Shown: positions 43,992 through 54,856 of the stretch, piece after piece
Position numbering within the stretch: position 1 is the first letter of the stretch
Layout: every line of letters begins with the position of its first letter
Source: an uncultured Actinomycetes bacterium
GTDB taxonomy: Bacteria; Actinomycetota; UBA4738; HRBIN12
Direction of reading: 5' to 3'
NCBI GenBank assembly: GCA_963828885.1
Contig: CAWHGC010000016.1
Location: 952 to 64,951, forward strand
DNA length: 64,000 bases
Notes under the pieces: generated by a model
What the model was told of the DNA's origin: nothing
Databases searched by the model: none
What the model saw: the letters and a program-made list of their open reading frames with translations, nothing else
Position numbers and translations under genes: made by a program

Positions 43992-46214
43992 ATGCTGCGT
44001 AGGCACGTGCGAGGAGCTGACGGAGTGGTCGAGGCGATGGACGAGCGAGCGCGGACGATCGGACGGGATCCGATCCGCTCCGTCGCCCAGCTGAACATGC
44101 TGCACAGCCTCACCGCCAAGCTCAACAGCCTGGACGAGGTGGAGGAGATCGGCGCAGCCATCACGGCCGAGCTCCGCACGATCATCGACTACCACAACTG
44201 CCGCGTGTACGTGCTGCAGCCCGACGGACAGACGCTGCTGCCGGTCGCGTTCAGCGGCGACATCTCCACCGCAGTACGGCGAGGAGACGATCGACAACCT
44301 CTCCTCCCAGATGGGCGAGGGCATCACGGGGTGGGTGGCCGCGACGCAGCAGAGCCTGCTCACACCCGACGCCCGCGAGGTCGACTTCTCCGTCGTGATC
44401 CCCGGCACCGACGACATCCTCGAGTCCATGCTGGCGGTGCCGATGCTGGCCGGGAACGAGTCGATCGGCGCGATCGTGCTGTCGAGCCTCGGGTACGGGA
44501 AGTTCGACGAGGAGGACCGCCGGCTGCTCGAGGTGCTGGCCTCGCACGCGGCGGTCGCGATCGGCAACGCGAAGCTCTTCCAGGCCGAGCGCGAGGCGGC
44601 GGAGACCTCGGCGGCGCTGCTGCGGCTCTCCCAGGCGCTGACCGGGCTGCACACGTCGACGAGATCCTCGGCGAGGCCATGGAGACGATCCCCAACCTGG
44701 TGCCGTCCGGCACCGTCTCGGCGTACGTGCGCGAGGAGGAGACCGGCGCCTTCCGCCTGCACGGCACGCGCACCATCGGCCCCGCCTCGCCGGACCTCTC
44801 GGGGGCCTCGCTGGTGGCGCCCGAGGTCGCACAGCAGTTCCTGCAGTCGATCTCCGAGCCCTTCGTGATGCCGCGCGAGGTCGTCGCGCAGGTCCCGGCG
44901 GAATACCAGCTGCTGAACGAGCCCAGCGAGGTCCTCGTCGCGCCGCTCCGATGGGAGCCGGACGGGTTCGGCGCGCTGGTGCTGCTGGCGCCCGACGCCG
45001 TCACCTCGTTCCGCGAGCAGGACGTCCGGCTGGCCCGCGGCATCGCCGACATCACCTCGCTCGCGCTCGGCAACGCCAGCCGCCTGTCGGAGCTCGAGCG
45101 GTTCCACGAGCTCGTGGAGAGCCTCGACGCCGTCTTCTGGGAGGCGCGCGCGGACACGCTCGAGTTCACCTTCCTGTCCTCCCGCGCGTCGGACCTGTTC
45201 GGCGCCGACGGCGAGGCGTGGGTCGACGAGGATCGCACCTGGGGCGAGCAGATCATGGACGAGGACCGGGAGGCCGCCGTGGAGGCCTGCATCAGCGTCT
45301 GCGAGCTCGGCAACGACGCCACCGCCGAGTACCGCGTGCGCAAGCCCGACGGCGGTATCGCGTGGATCCGCGACCTGGTGCACGCGGTGCGAGACGGATC
45401 CGGCGCCGTGCAGGGCGTGCGCGGACTCATGGTCGACATCACCGAACGCAAGCGCGCCGAGCAGGCGCTGCGCAAGTCCGAGCGCAAGTACAGCGAGGCC
45501 TTCCGCCGCGAGCGCGAGGCCGCGCAGCGGCTGCGCGCGCTCGATGAGATGAAGAACACCTTCCTCGAGGCCGTCTCCCACGACCTGCGCACGCCCCTGA
45601 CCTCGATCCTCGGGTCGGCGCTCACGCTCGAGCAGTCGGGCCTGCAGATGCCGCACGAGGACGCCCTCGATCTCGTCGTTCGCATCGCCGCCAACGCGCG
45701 CAAGCTCGAGCGGCTGCTCTCCGATCTGCTGGACCTGGACCGGCTGCAGCGGGGCATCATCACGCCGCAGCGGCGCTCCACCGACCTCGACGCGCTGGTC
45801 CGTCACTGCGTGGCCGAGACCGAGCACGAGGCCTCGCGCGAGATCAGCGTCGAGGTCGACCACGTCACGGTCGAGGTGGACGCGGCGAAGGTCGAGCGCA
45901 TCGTCGAGAACCTGCTGTCGAACGCGATCCGCCACACGCCGGCGACCGCGCCCGTGTGGATCCGCGCGCACGAGCAGGACGGCGGCGTGCTGCTGGTCGT
46001 CGAGGACGCCGGCCCCGGCGTCGACGAGGACCTGCGCGAGGCCGTCTTCGAGCCCTTCCGTCAGCTGCCGGGCTCGATCTCGATGCACTCGCCGGGCGTG
46101 GGCGTGGGTCTCACGCTCGTCCGCCGGTTCGCCGAGCTCCACGGCGGCCGCGCGTGGGTGGAGCCGCGCGAGGGCGGCGGCGCCAGCTTCCGCGTGTTCC
46201 TGCCGGCGGCCTAG
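43992..46214 (+). pseudogene. GAF-GAF-PAS sensor histidine kinase whose ORF is open but whose first GAF core is out of frame (compensating frameshift pair)
   Basis: ORF 43881..46214 has HisKA (FLEAVSHDLRTPL) and HATPase (GVGVGLTLV) domains. Between about 44270 and 44655 it reads Arg/Gly/Pro junk, while ORF 44311..44868 encodes MGEGITGWVAATQQSLL..MLAVPMLAGNESIGAIVLSS..LLEVLASHAAVAIGNAKLF. Confidence 0.8.
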
Positions 46215-46502
46215 CTACTCGCCGACGGTCTCGGCGCTCTCGCCGCCGGCGGCCTGCTCGCCGCTCGCCACGATCTCCAGCTGCAGCGCGACGATCTCTT
46301 CCACCAGCCGCTTCTGCTCGGCCGCGACGTCGGCCTTCTCCGTGCGCTCGCGCACGACCAGGTACCCGAGCTGCTCCGCGAGGTCGTCGGCGCGCCGCTT
46401 CGCCTGGAGGTCGCCGGCCTTCTCCTTCGCCGCGTCGGCGGCCTTCTTCGCGGCCTCGGCTCCCTGCCCGGCGATCTCCTTCGCCTTGTCGAGCAGACCC
46501 AT
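46215..46502 (-). CDS. small Ala/Lys/Glu-rich hypothetical protein (95 aa)
   Basis: Intact ORF with a helical, charged composition. Its stop abuts the kinase stop (TAGCTA). Confidence 0.5.
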   Translation of the reverse strand: MGLLDKAKEIAGQGAEAAKKAADAAKEKAGDLQAKRRADDLAEQLGYLVVRERTEKADVAAEQKRLVEEIVALQLEIVASGEQAAGGESAETVGE

Positions 46503-46788
46503 GGCGGTCCTCCTTTCGTCGTTGGCTTCGTCCTGTGCGGGCAGTCAGTCTTCCAGATGTGGGCCGGATGCGGTGCGGGCGGGGCCTGCACGAGGGCCGA
46601 AGGGCGTACCCACTGCGGGGGAGGAGATTCTCCGCCCTCCGAACGAGCCGCCCGTGGGCGCGGGATGCCGATACCCGAAGAGCACACGTGCGACGGGCGG
46701 CGGCGGAGATCGTGGGCTCTGCCGTCGCCCTCGCCGACCCTGACCGGCGGTGCCGCGCCGGATCCCCGGCACCGCTACCATCCGCCCC

Positions 46789-48435
46789 GTGCTCGACCTC
46801 CTGATCGCCGGCGCGTCGGTCGTGGACGGGACCGGCGCACCCGCGTTCGACGGCTCCGTGGGGGTGGCCGGCGACCGGATCGCGTGGCTCGGCCGCGACG
46901 GCGCCGAGGAGCCCGAGGCCGCCCGTCGGATCGAGGCGCGCGGGCGTGCGCTGTCGCCGGGCTTCGTCGACGTCCACAACCACTCCGACGTGGTGCCGCT
47001 CGTCGAGCCGTGGATGGACTCGGCGCTGCGCATGGGGTCCACGACCCTCGTCGTCGGCAACTGCGGCGCGTCCCCGTGGCCGCCGGCGGGCGCGCCGGAG
47101 ATGGCGACGCTGGTCGGCGTGCCGGCCGCCGAGCTCGACATGGCGTGGCCGACGTTCGGCTCGTTCCTCGACGGCATCGAGGCCTGCGGGCCGGCGGTGA
47201 ACGTGGCCGCGCTGGTCGGCCACGGCGCGCTGCGGCAGGAGGCGATGGGCCTCGCGCGCCGGCCGCCGACCGGCGACGAGCTCGCGCAGATGCGGCGGCA
47301 GACCGCCGAGGCGATGGAGGCCGGCGCGGTCGGACTGTCGACCGGCCTGATCTACGTGCCGGGCATCTACAGCGTCACCGACGAGGTCGTCGCGCTCGCG
47401 GAGGCCGTCGCGCCGTTCGGCGGCATCTACGCCAGCCACATCCGCGGCGAGGGCCGCGACCTGTTCACGGCCGTCCGCGAGGCCATCGAGATCGGGCGGC
47501 GCGCCGGCGTCCCGGCGCACGTGAGCCACCTGAAGTGCGAGAGCTCGCTCGTGTGGGGCCGGACCGACGAGCTGCTGGCGCTGTTCGACGGCGAGGACGC
47601 CACCGCCGACCAGTACCCGTACACGGCGTGGGCCTCGGTGCTGTGGTCGCTGCTGCCCGACTGGGCGCCGGTCGCCGAGCTCGCCGACCTCGTGCGGGAT
47701 CCCGCGACGCGCGCGCGGCTCGTGTCTGCGATCGAGCACGGCGAGCCGACCTTCCAGAGCTCGATCGACGGCGTCGGCTGGGACCGCATCGTCGTCGAGA
47801 GCACGGCCGACGCCCGGTGGAACGGCCGCGACCTGGCGGCGATCGCCGCCGCCATGGACGTCGAGCCCGTCGAGGCGATGTTCCGGCTGCTGCTCGAGGA
47901 GCCCGAGACCGCCGTGATCGGCCACGCCATGCACGAGGACGACGTCCGCGCGATCGTCGCGCGGCCCGACGTCATGGTGGCGTCCGACGCGTCGGCGATG
48001 TCGCCTGCCGGTCCGCTCGGCGCGATGCCGGTGCACCCCCGGAACTACGGCACGTTCCCGCGGGTGCTCGGCCGCTACGTCCGCGACGAGGGCCTGCTCA
48101 CGCTCGAGGCCGCCGTCCGCAAGATGACGTCGTTGCCCGCCGATCGGTTCGGCCTCGCGGACCGGGGACGGATCGCCGAGGGGGCGTTCGCCGACCTCGT
48201 GCTGTTCGACCCGGCGACCGTCACGGACACGGCGACGTTCGAGTCACCGCACGCCTACCCGGCCGGCATCGACGCCGTCATCGTGAACGGGCGCGTCGCT
48301 TGGGACGGGGAGAACCGCGAACGGGCGGGGCGGGTCCTGCGACGCGGCGGAGCGGTAGCGGACGCGACCAGCTACGGCGCGATCGTGAAGCGCCGGCCGG
48401 CGATCGCCACCGACAGGTTCCCGGCCGAGTCGTAG
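46789..48435 (+). CDS. N-acyl-D-amino-acid deacylase (D-aminoacylase) family amidohydrolase
   Basis: A GTG at 46789 gives VLDLLIAGASVVDGTG.. within ORF 46750..48435. The metal-binding motif PGFVDVHNHSD is present. The frame is intact over about 1.65 kb. The last about 60 nt overlap the convergent NHL gene, so the true stop may be earlier. Confidence 0.8.
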   Translation: MLDLLIAGASVVDGTGAPAFDGSVGVAGDRIAWLGRDGAEEPEAARRIEARGRALSPGFVDVHNHSDVVPLVEPWMDSALRMGSTTLVVGNCGASPWPPAGAPEMATLVGVPAAELDMAWPTFGSFLDGIEACGPAVNVAALVGHGALRQEAMGLARRPPTGDELAQMRRQTAEAMEAGAVGLSTGLIYVPGIYSVTDEVVALAEAVAPFGGIYASHIRGEGRDLFTAVREAIEIGRRAGVPAHVSHLKCESSLVWGRTDELLALFDGEDATADQYPYTAWASVLWSLLPDWAPVAELADLVRDPATRARLVSAIEHGEPTFQSSIDGVGWDRIVVESTADARWNGRDLAAIAAAMDVEPVEAMFRLLLEEPETAVIGHAMHEDDVRAIVARPDVMVASDASAMSPAGPLGAMPVHPRNYGTFPRVLGRYVRDEGLLTLEAAVRKMTSLPADRFGLADRGRIAEGAFADLVLFDPATVTDTATFESPHAYPAGIDAVIVNGRVAWDGENRERAGRVLRRGGAVADATSYGAIVKRRPAIATDRFPAES

Positions 48436-50585
48436 GCGCGCACGCTGGCCGTGTACCGCTCCCCGCGCTCGACGCCGACCAGGCCGAACGACCAGTTCCC
48501 GCTGAGCGGCGCCGCTCGAGACGACGCCGGCGAGGCTCCACACCTGGCCGGTCTGCCACTTCGCGAGCTTGGCGTTCCACCACTGGAGGGTGTCGCGGTC
48601 CTGGACGGCGACCTCGACGGTGCCGATGCGGACGTTGTCGGTCACCTTGCCCTTGATCCACGCGGGGCTGACGGCCGGCCAGGACCTTGTCCTGCGTCGG
48701 CGCGCCGATCGTGACGACCGGCGCCGTAGCGTCGCCGGCGACCGGCGACGCGGCCGGGTCGAACACGCTGATGCGGTCGTTCTCGGCGTCGGCGACGTAC
48801 AGCCTGCCGGCGCTGTCGTGCGAGATGCCCGACGGACTCGAGAACTGGTACGGACCCTGGCCCTTCGCGCCCCACTTCCCCAGGAAGTTCCCGTTCAGGT
48901 CGAAGGCCTGGATGCGCTTGAGTCTTCGAGTCCGTCACGTACAGGACGCCGTTCACGATGTCGGCGTCCCACGCGTACGGAACTGGCCGTCGCCGGAGCC
49001 GGAGGAGCCGAACGTGGTGATCGGCGTGCCGTCGGGCGCGAAGACCTCCACGCGGTCCGTCTGCCAGCTGACCGTGTAGATGTTCCCGGTGGCGGGGTCG
49101 ATCGCCGCGCCGTTGTGGCAGACCGTGATCGAGTCCTGCTCCACCCCCGTGGCGGCGTCGAGGATCTTGAACGTGCACGAGTTCGGGTCGCCGTTCTAGA
49201 GCAGGCCGTAGTCGCTCACGTAGGCCTTGCCGTCGTAGAACTCGATGTCCATCGGCAGGCGGAAGCTGCCGGACGCGCTCGAGTCCAGGCCCGACCCCAC
49301 CGAGAACTGGTAGGTCCCGTCCTGCGCGTAGACGCGGATCACGTGCTCACGCGTGTCGGCGACCCACAGATAGCCCGTGTCCGGATCGACGGCGACGCCG
49401 CGCGGGTAGTCCATGCCGTACGGCGGGTTCGAGTTGCGGATCCCCCATGTGCCCAGGAACGAGCCGTTCGGCGCGAACTTCTGGAACCGGTTGTTCCAGG
49501 CGTCGGCGCCCCACACGTTGCCGGTGACGGGGTCGACGGCGACGTCGCGGACCTCGGCGAAGCGCCCGTCCACCGGCGGCTGCGCCGGGTCGGGGTAGGT
49601 GTGCAGCAGGGTGCCGTTCGAGTCGTACTCGAAGAAGCGGAAGTTGCCGTAGTCGGCCACCCACACGTGGCCCTGGTCGTCGATCGTGAGCTCGCGGCCG
49701 CCGTCGGCGAACTGCCCGGGGCCGGAACCCTCGGTGCCCCAGTGCGCGAGCGGGGTGCCTGTCAGACTCGAACTTCTCGATCTGCGAGGCCTCGGCGTCT
49801 ACGACGTACACCCAGCCGTGGGCGCTGTCGACGGCGAGACCGCGGAGGTCGCCGGTGAACGCGCCGAGGACGCCGATGTACCGCCGGGCTGCCCGAAGTC
49901 ACGGAGCCACGTCCCGGTGGAGGTGAACACGTGCACCATGCGGCGGTCGGCGTCGGCGACGTACACGTTGCCGTTCGCGTCGGTGTCGATGCCGTGCAGC
50001 TCCACGCCGAACTGGCCGGGGCCGGTCCCCTTCGTGCCCCAGCTCGTGACGAACGCGCCCCCGTTGTCGAGGTCGTACTTCATGATCTTCGGGGCGTTCG
50101 AGTAGTGGGCGGCCGCCACGTACAGCCACCGGCCGTCGACGTGGGTCCACACCCAGTACCCGGCGTCCACGTGGATCTCGTTCAGGTAGTTCCCGTGCTT
50201 GTCGTAGTGCGCGATGTAGCCCTTGTAGAGGTCGGTGTTGCCGAGCTCCGGGACGTAGATGCTGCCGTCGCGGTCGTCGACCTCGATCGTGTACGGCTGA
50301 CCCTTGTAGGGAGGGCGGCCGGTAGAAGGCGCCGATCTCGTGGCCGTTCGACGGGTCGTACCTGCGGATCTGGTAGTTCCAGTAGTCGCCGACCAGCATC
50401 TCGTCGGTGACGGGGTTGTACTCCATGCCCCAGGCGTAGACACCGGCCTCACCGGGGCCCGCGATCGTGCGCACGAACCCGGGCGTGTGCCAGGCGGCGG
50501 CCTGTGCGGGGGTCAGCGCGACGGGCGCCAGCAACGCGCCGAGGGCGGCGACGAGCGAGACCAGGATCCGGGGGGTCTTCGGCAT
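48372..50585 (-). pseudogene. secreted NHL-repeat beta-propeller protein with C-terminal Ig-like domain, about seven frame changes plus one in-frame TAG
   Basis: The signal peptide MPKTPRILVSLVAALGALLAPVALTPAQA is in ORF 49899..50615. NHL-like blades are spread over ORFs 49799..50452, 49347..49811, 49196..49666, 48953..49144, 48642..49178, 48278..48766 and 48244..48645. An in-frame TAG sits at 49196-49198 (..YVSDYGLL*NGDPNSC..). The inferred end is ..AIAGRRFTIAP* at 48372. Confidence 0.75.
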
Positions 50586-50669
50586 GCGGAGGCGCAGTCT
50601 ATCGGCCGGGAGCATCGGCCAGCATCGGCCGAAGGTCGGAGGCGAGCCGAACGGCCCAGTGGCTCGATG

Positions 50670-50746
50670 TGGAGCCGGCGGTCGGATTCGAACCGACGAC
50701 CTAGCGATTACAAATCGCTTGCGCTACCGGACTGCGCCACGCCGGC
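50670..50746 (-). tRNA. tRNA-Thr (anticodon UGU)
   Basis: The minus strand reads GCCGGCG-TG-GCGC-AGTCCGGTA-GCGC-A-AGCGA-TTTGTAA-TCGCT-AGGTC-GTCGG-TTCGAAT-CCGAC-CGCCGGC-T-CCA. This is a full cloverleaf with an encoded CCA. Confidence 0.93.
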
Positions 50747-50759
50747 CTCGCGGGGCAGT

Positions 50760-51203
50760 CTATCGCCGGGCGTCGCGGCGGAAGGCGGGTTCGGCCACGA
50801 TCAGCGCCCAGATCGTGAAGCCGCCCAGCAGCAGCTGCAGGATCGCGCGGGCGTTCCCCTGCACGAGCGAGATGAGCCCGATCAGCACGGTCAGGCCGGC
50901 GAAGCCGAAGCCGAGCAGGCGCGCGAGCGGTACCAGCGCGAGGACGAGGGCGCCGACCAGCACGTCGGCCGCGCCGATCACGACCGCGAGCACGGCGATC
51001 GTGTGGGCGCTGTCGCCGACGGGCTTGCCGTCCACCAGGACGTCGGACCCGGCCAGCACGATGATCAGCCCCGCCAGGAGCGTCAGCACACCGGCGGTGA
51101 TGAGCATGCCGCCGGCGGCCGTGACGACCGGCGTGCGGCGGCGGGGCGCGGGAGGCGGCGTCGGCACCACGGGCGGGATGGACTCCACAGCTCCTCCTCC
51201 CAT
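50760..51203 (-). CDS. small integral membrane protein (147 aa)
   Basis: Intact ORF with a Pro-rich N-terminus followed by four hydrophobic segments. Confidence 0.6.
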   Translation of the reverse strand: MGGGAVESIPPVVPTPPPAPRRRTPVVTAAGGMLITAGVLTLLAGLIIVLAGSDVLVDGKPVGDSAHTIAVLAVVIGAADVLVGALVLALVPLARLLGFGFAGLTVLIGLISLVQGNARAILQLLLGGFTIWALIVAEPAFRRDARR

Positions 51204-51273
51204 CGTGTCGGCGCCGGCGGCGCGATCGGGCGGACTGTAGCCCGAGCGACCCGGCCGGGCAACGCCGCGGGGT

Positions 51274-51997
51274 TCAGCCGGTCCGCGAGGGCAGCACGTA
51301 CGCGTACAGCGCGGCCGCCAGCGACGCCGACGCGTTCAGCGAGCCCGACCCGGCCGTGCATGGGCAGCCGCACGAGGGCGTCGCACCGCTCGCGGGTGAG
51401 CCTGGCCAGGCCCTCGCCCTCGCTGCCGACGACGACGGCGACGCGGCCCGCAGGACACGGCTCCGCGTACACGTCGAGCTCGGCCTCGTCCGCGAGGCCG
51501 ACGACGAAGAAGCCGGCGTCCTGGAGCCGCTGGATCGCGCGCGGGATGTTGGCCACCCGCGCGTGCGGCAGGTGCAGCAGCGCGCCGGCCGACGCTCGGA
51601 TCGCCGCCGGCGTCACGCCCGCCGCACGGTGCACGCGCGAGACCAGCACGGCTGCGCCGGCGGCCTCGGCCGACCGGGCCGCCGCGCCGAGGTTCTGGGG
51701 GTCCGTGATGCCGTCGAGCACGACGACGACCGCGTCGTCGGAGAACGGGAACTCGGCCAGCTCGCGCTCGCCGAGCGCCGCCGGCGACGCCGTCGAGACC
51801 ACCGCCACCACGCCCTGCGGGTCCGGAGCCATGCCGTCGAGCTCGGCGCGGTCGACCTCGCGGACGGGGACGCCGGCGGCGCGGGCGGCCTCGAGGACGG
51901 CCCGCAGCCCCTGGCTGCCCCTGGCGCCGCGCGCGACCAGCAGCTCCTGCGCCTGCCCGGCGCGCACGGCCTCGGCGGCGGCGCGGCGGCCGCCCAC
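51274..51997 (-). CDS. rlmB: SpoU/TrmH-family RNA 2'-O-methyltransferase (RlmB-like) with a frame disruption about 25 codons before the stop
   Basis: ORF 51083..51997 holds VVLDGITDPQNLGAAARSAEAAG and VVGSEGEGLARLTRERCDALVRLPMHG. An extra G near 51345 hides the expected end RVGSLNASASLAAALYAYVLPSRTG* (stop at 51274). Confidence 0.75.
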
Positions 51998-52010
51998 GCA
52001 CGATCCCGGC

Positions 52011-52481
52011 TCACGTGAGCACGGCGAGGGCCAGGCAGCCGGCGCCGTCGCCCGACAGCCCGAGGCCCTCCGGGCGCGTCGCCTTCACCGACACGGCGGC
52101 GACCTCGAGGTCCAGGGCGCCGGCGAGCGCCGCGCGCATCTCCTCGCGGCGGGGTGCGACGGCCGGCCGCTCGCAGATCACCGTCACGTCGCAGGACGCG
52201 GGCCGCAGCCCGGCGCCGGCGACGAGCGCGACGGTGCGCCGCAACAGCTCGAGGCCGGCGATGCCGGCGAACGCCGGATCGCCCTCGGGGAAGTGCTCGC
52301 CGACGTCGCCGAGCCCGGCGGCGCCGAGCAGCGCGTCGGCGAGGGCGTGGCACACGGCGTCGCCGTCGGAGTGACCCGCGAGGCCGGCCTCGCCGTCGAA
52401 CCGGACGCCGCCGAGCCACAGCTCCCGCCCGTCGTCGCGGGGGTGCACGTCGAATCCCAGCCCCACGCGGGGCGCGGGCAT
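52011..52481 (-). CDS. ispF: 2-C-methyl-D-erythritol 2,4-cyclodiphosphate synthase
   Basis: MPAPRVGLGFDVHP...GHSDGDAVCHALADALLGA.. lies within ORF 52011..52586. Its ATG overlaps the ispD stop. Confidence 0.93.
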   Translation of the reverse strand: MPAPRVGLGFDVHPRDDGRELWLGGVRFDGEAGLAGHSDGDAVCHALADALLGAAGLGDVGEHFPEGDPAFAGIAGLELLRRTVALVAGAGLRPASCDVTVICERPAVAPRREEMRAALAGALDLEVAAVSVKATRPEGLGLSGDGAGCLALAVLT

Positions 52482-53170
52482 CAGCCGCCCTCGACGCGGG
52501 CCTGCGCGCGCAGCAGGTCGGCCGTCGTGGTGATCTTGAAGTTGCGCGGGTCGCCGTCGACGGCGACGACGTGATAGCCGGCCCACTCCAGGACGCCGGC
52601 GTCGTCGGTGACCTCGATCGAGGACTCGCTCGCGCGGCCGTGGGCCTCGGCGAGGGCCTCGAGGCGGAACGCCTGCGGCGTCTGCGCGAGCGCCAGCCCC
52701 TCGCGCGATTCGGTGCCGACGACGCGCCCGTCCTGGATGCGCTTCACCGTGTCGGCGATCGGCACGACCGGCACCGCGCCGTCGGTCTCCTCGCCGATCG
52801 CATCGATCACGGCCGAGAACAGGTCCGGCCGTGCGAACGGCCGGGCGGCGTCGTGGCAGACGACGACCGACACGCCCTCGGGCACGGCGGCGAGCGCGAG
52901 CACGACCGACTCCTGGCGCGTCGCACCGCCCGGGACGATCGTCACCGGCACCTCGATGTCGGCCAGCATCTCCCGCGCGCGGTCCTCGGACCCCGGCGGC
53001 ACCGCCACGACGAGGGACCCGACCGACTTCGACGCGGCCGCGGCGGCGGCGGCGATCGCGACCAGCGGCCGCCCGCCGATCCGCACGAACGCCTTGGGCT
53101 CGTCGGCGCCGAGGCGCTGACCCGCGCCGGCGGCCAGCACGACGGCCGAGGCGTCCCCGAGCTGGCTCAT
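52481..53170 (-). CDS. ispD: 2-C-methyl-D-erythritol 4-phosphate cytidylyltransferase
   Basis: Intact 229-aa ORF (AVVLAAGAGQRLG..KAFV, ..VCHDAARPF.., LAQTPQAF). Confidence 0.92.
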   Translation of the reverse strand: MSQLGDASAVVLAAGAGQRLGADEPKAFVRIGGRPLVAIAAAAAAASKSVGSLVVAVPPGSEDRAREMLADIEVPVTIVPGGATRQESVVLALAAVPEGVSVVVCHDAARPFARPDLFSAVIDAIGEETDGAVPVVPIADTVKRIQDGRVVGTESREGLALAQTPQAFRLEALAEAHGRASESSIEVTDDAGVLEWAGYHVVAVDGDPRNFKITTTADLLRAQARVEGG

Positions 53171-54270
53171 GCCCCGGCCTCCGACTCCTCGGGCAGGGCG
53201 CTGAAGATCATGCGACCGGTCGTCGTCTGGATCACGTTCTTCACGCGCACCGTCACGTCCGAGCCGATGTGTGGGTTCGCCGACTCCACGACGACCATCG
53301 TGCCGTCGTCGAGGTAGCCCACGCCCTGGCCGTGCTCGCGACCCTCCTTCACCAGGTGCACGGTGAGCTCGTCGCCGGCGTTGAACGGCGTGCGGAACTT
53401 GGTTGCGAGCGAATTGATCTGCGCGACCGGGACCCGCAGGGCCTCGGCGACGCGCGCCAGGTTGTGGTCGACGGTGACGAGCGTGCCGCCACGCTCCTTC
53501 GCCAGCCGGACGAGCGCCGCGTCCACGTCCTGCACGCCGAGCTCCTCGACGAGCTGGATCTGCACGGTCGGCGCCTTCTGCAGCTCCACGAGGACGTCGA
53601 GGCCACGGCGGCCGCGCGCGCGCCGCCGGTGGTCGGACGAGTCGGCGATCGCCTGGAGCTCGCGCAGCACGCCGTCGTGCAGCAGCAGCGTGCCGGTGAT
53701 GAACCCGGTGTTCACGAGGTCGGCGACGCGGCCGTCGATCAGCGCGCTGGTGTCGATCACGTGGATGTCGCCCCGGCCCGAGGCCGACGCCCGCGGCTTC
53801 ATGCCGATCAGCCCGAAGATGTCCTCGTACCGGGCCTGCCCGAGGCGGTAGCCGAGCGCGCCGAACGACAGGTAGATGAACATGATGACCGGCCAGCCGG
53901 CGAGGGGCGGCAGGAACAGCAGCGGCAGCATCAGCAGCGCGGCGATCAGCAGCGCGATGATGAGGCCGACCGTGCCGCCGGCGAGCTCGGCCGGCTGGCG
54001 GCGCCGGAGCTCCTCCTCCATGCCGGAGACCGCGCGGATCGTGAGCCGTCCGAACACGCCGCCGAGGACGTAGCCGGTGGCGGCGCCCAGGAAGACGTAC
54101 AGGATCGTGCGGGCCGCGTTGGGTGTGGCGTTCGTCCGGGCGCCGATCGTGTAGCCACCCGTGGCGAACAGGGCGATGAAGATCAGGCGGACGCCCTCGA
54201 CCAGCTTGCCGCGCAGCTGCGCGCGGGTCTCGCGTGGCTCACGGGGGTCGGGCGATCCATCGCTGCTCAT
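53167..54270 (-). CDS. PIN/TRAM domain membrane protein (YacL-like)
   Basis: Intact 367-aa ORF with N-terminal TM segments, a PIN domain (VIDTSALIDGR) and a C-terminal TRAM-like domain. It sits in the conserved position upstream of ispD. Confidence 0.8.
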   Translation of the reverse strand: MSSDGSPDPREPRETRAQLRGKLVEGVRLIFIALFATGGYTIGARTNATPNAARTILYVFLGAATGYVLGGVFGRLTIRAVSGMEEELRRRQPAELAGGTVGLIIALLIAALLMLPLLFLPPLAGWPVIMFIYLSFGALGYRLGQARYEDIFGLIGMKPRASASGRGDIHVIDTSALIDGRVADLVNTGFITGTLLLHDGVLRELQAIADSSDHRRRARGRRGLDVLVELQKAPTVQIQLVEELGVQDVDAALVRLAKERGGTLVTVDHNLARVAEALRVPVAQINSLATKFRTPFNAGDELTVHLVKEGREHGQGVGYLDDGTMVVVESANPHIGSDVTVRVKNVIQTTTGRMIFSALPEESEAGA

Positions 54271-54346
54271 GAACCCAGGGTCCTTCCTCCGACCGCGGAC
54301 CGCAAGGGTACCGCCGAGGAGGGCCGGCCCGAGAGTCGGTGCGTGG

Positions 54347-54856
54347 CTAGAGCTCGGCCGGGACCCGGCCGCCGTGCGCCTTCTCGAGCACGTCGTCGAT
54401 CATCGCCTCGGCCTCCTCCTCGGAGTTCCCGGTGGCGTAGTGCAGCTCGGAGATCAGGATCTGCCGGGCCTTCTGGATCATGCGCTTCTCGCCGGCGGAC
54501 AGGCCCTTCTCGCGCTCGCGGATCGCGAGGTTCCGCAGCACCTCGGCCACCTGGTACGGGTCGCCCGAGTGCAGCTTCTCCATGTTGTTCTTGAAGCGAC
54601 GGCTCCAGTTCGCAGCCATCGAGGACTCGTCCTCGGTCAGCACCTTCAGGACCTTCTTGACCTCGCTCTTGCTCACGACCTGGCGGAGGCCGACCTCGTC
54701 GGTGGAGTCCACCGGCACCATGAGGGTGAGATCGCCGTAGGCGACGCGAAGGACCAGGTACTTGCGCTTCTCGCCGAGGAACTCGCGGTCGCGAAGCTCT
54801 TCGATCACTGCCGCTCCGTGCTCCGGATGCACTACGGTATCGCCCTTGCGGAACAC
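54347..54856 (-). CDS. carD: CarD family RNA-polymerase-binding transcriptional regulator
   Basis: A GTG at 54856 (GGGAGG 5 nt upstream) gives VFRKGDTVVHPEHGAAVIEEL..YLVLRVAYGDLTLMVPV.. Confidence 0.9.
   Translation of the reverse strand: MFRKGDTVVHPEHGAAVIEELRDREFLGEKRKYLVLRVAYGDLTLMVPVDSTDEVGLRQVVSKSEVKKVLKVLTEDESSMAANWSRRFKNNMEKLHSGDPYQVAEVLRNLAIREREKGLSAGEKRMIQKARQILISELHYATGNSEEEAEAMIDDVLEKAHGGRVPAEL

Noticed and set aside
46503-46788. A 286-nt gene-free divergent region lies upstream of the D-aminoacylase gene. It could hold a riboswitch or sRNA.
   Set aside because: I could identify only a weak short palindrome (GGAGATTCTCC) and no recognisable conserved RNA motif, so I cannot support a call without a covariance-model scan.
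50586-50760. I considered whether tRNA-Thr marks an integration site for a mobile element.
   Set aside because: No integrase, no direct repeat of the tRNA 3' end and no phage-like genes are visible on either side. The adjacent degraded gene is an ordinary secreted NHL protein.
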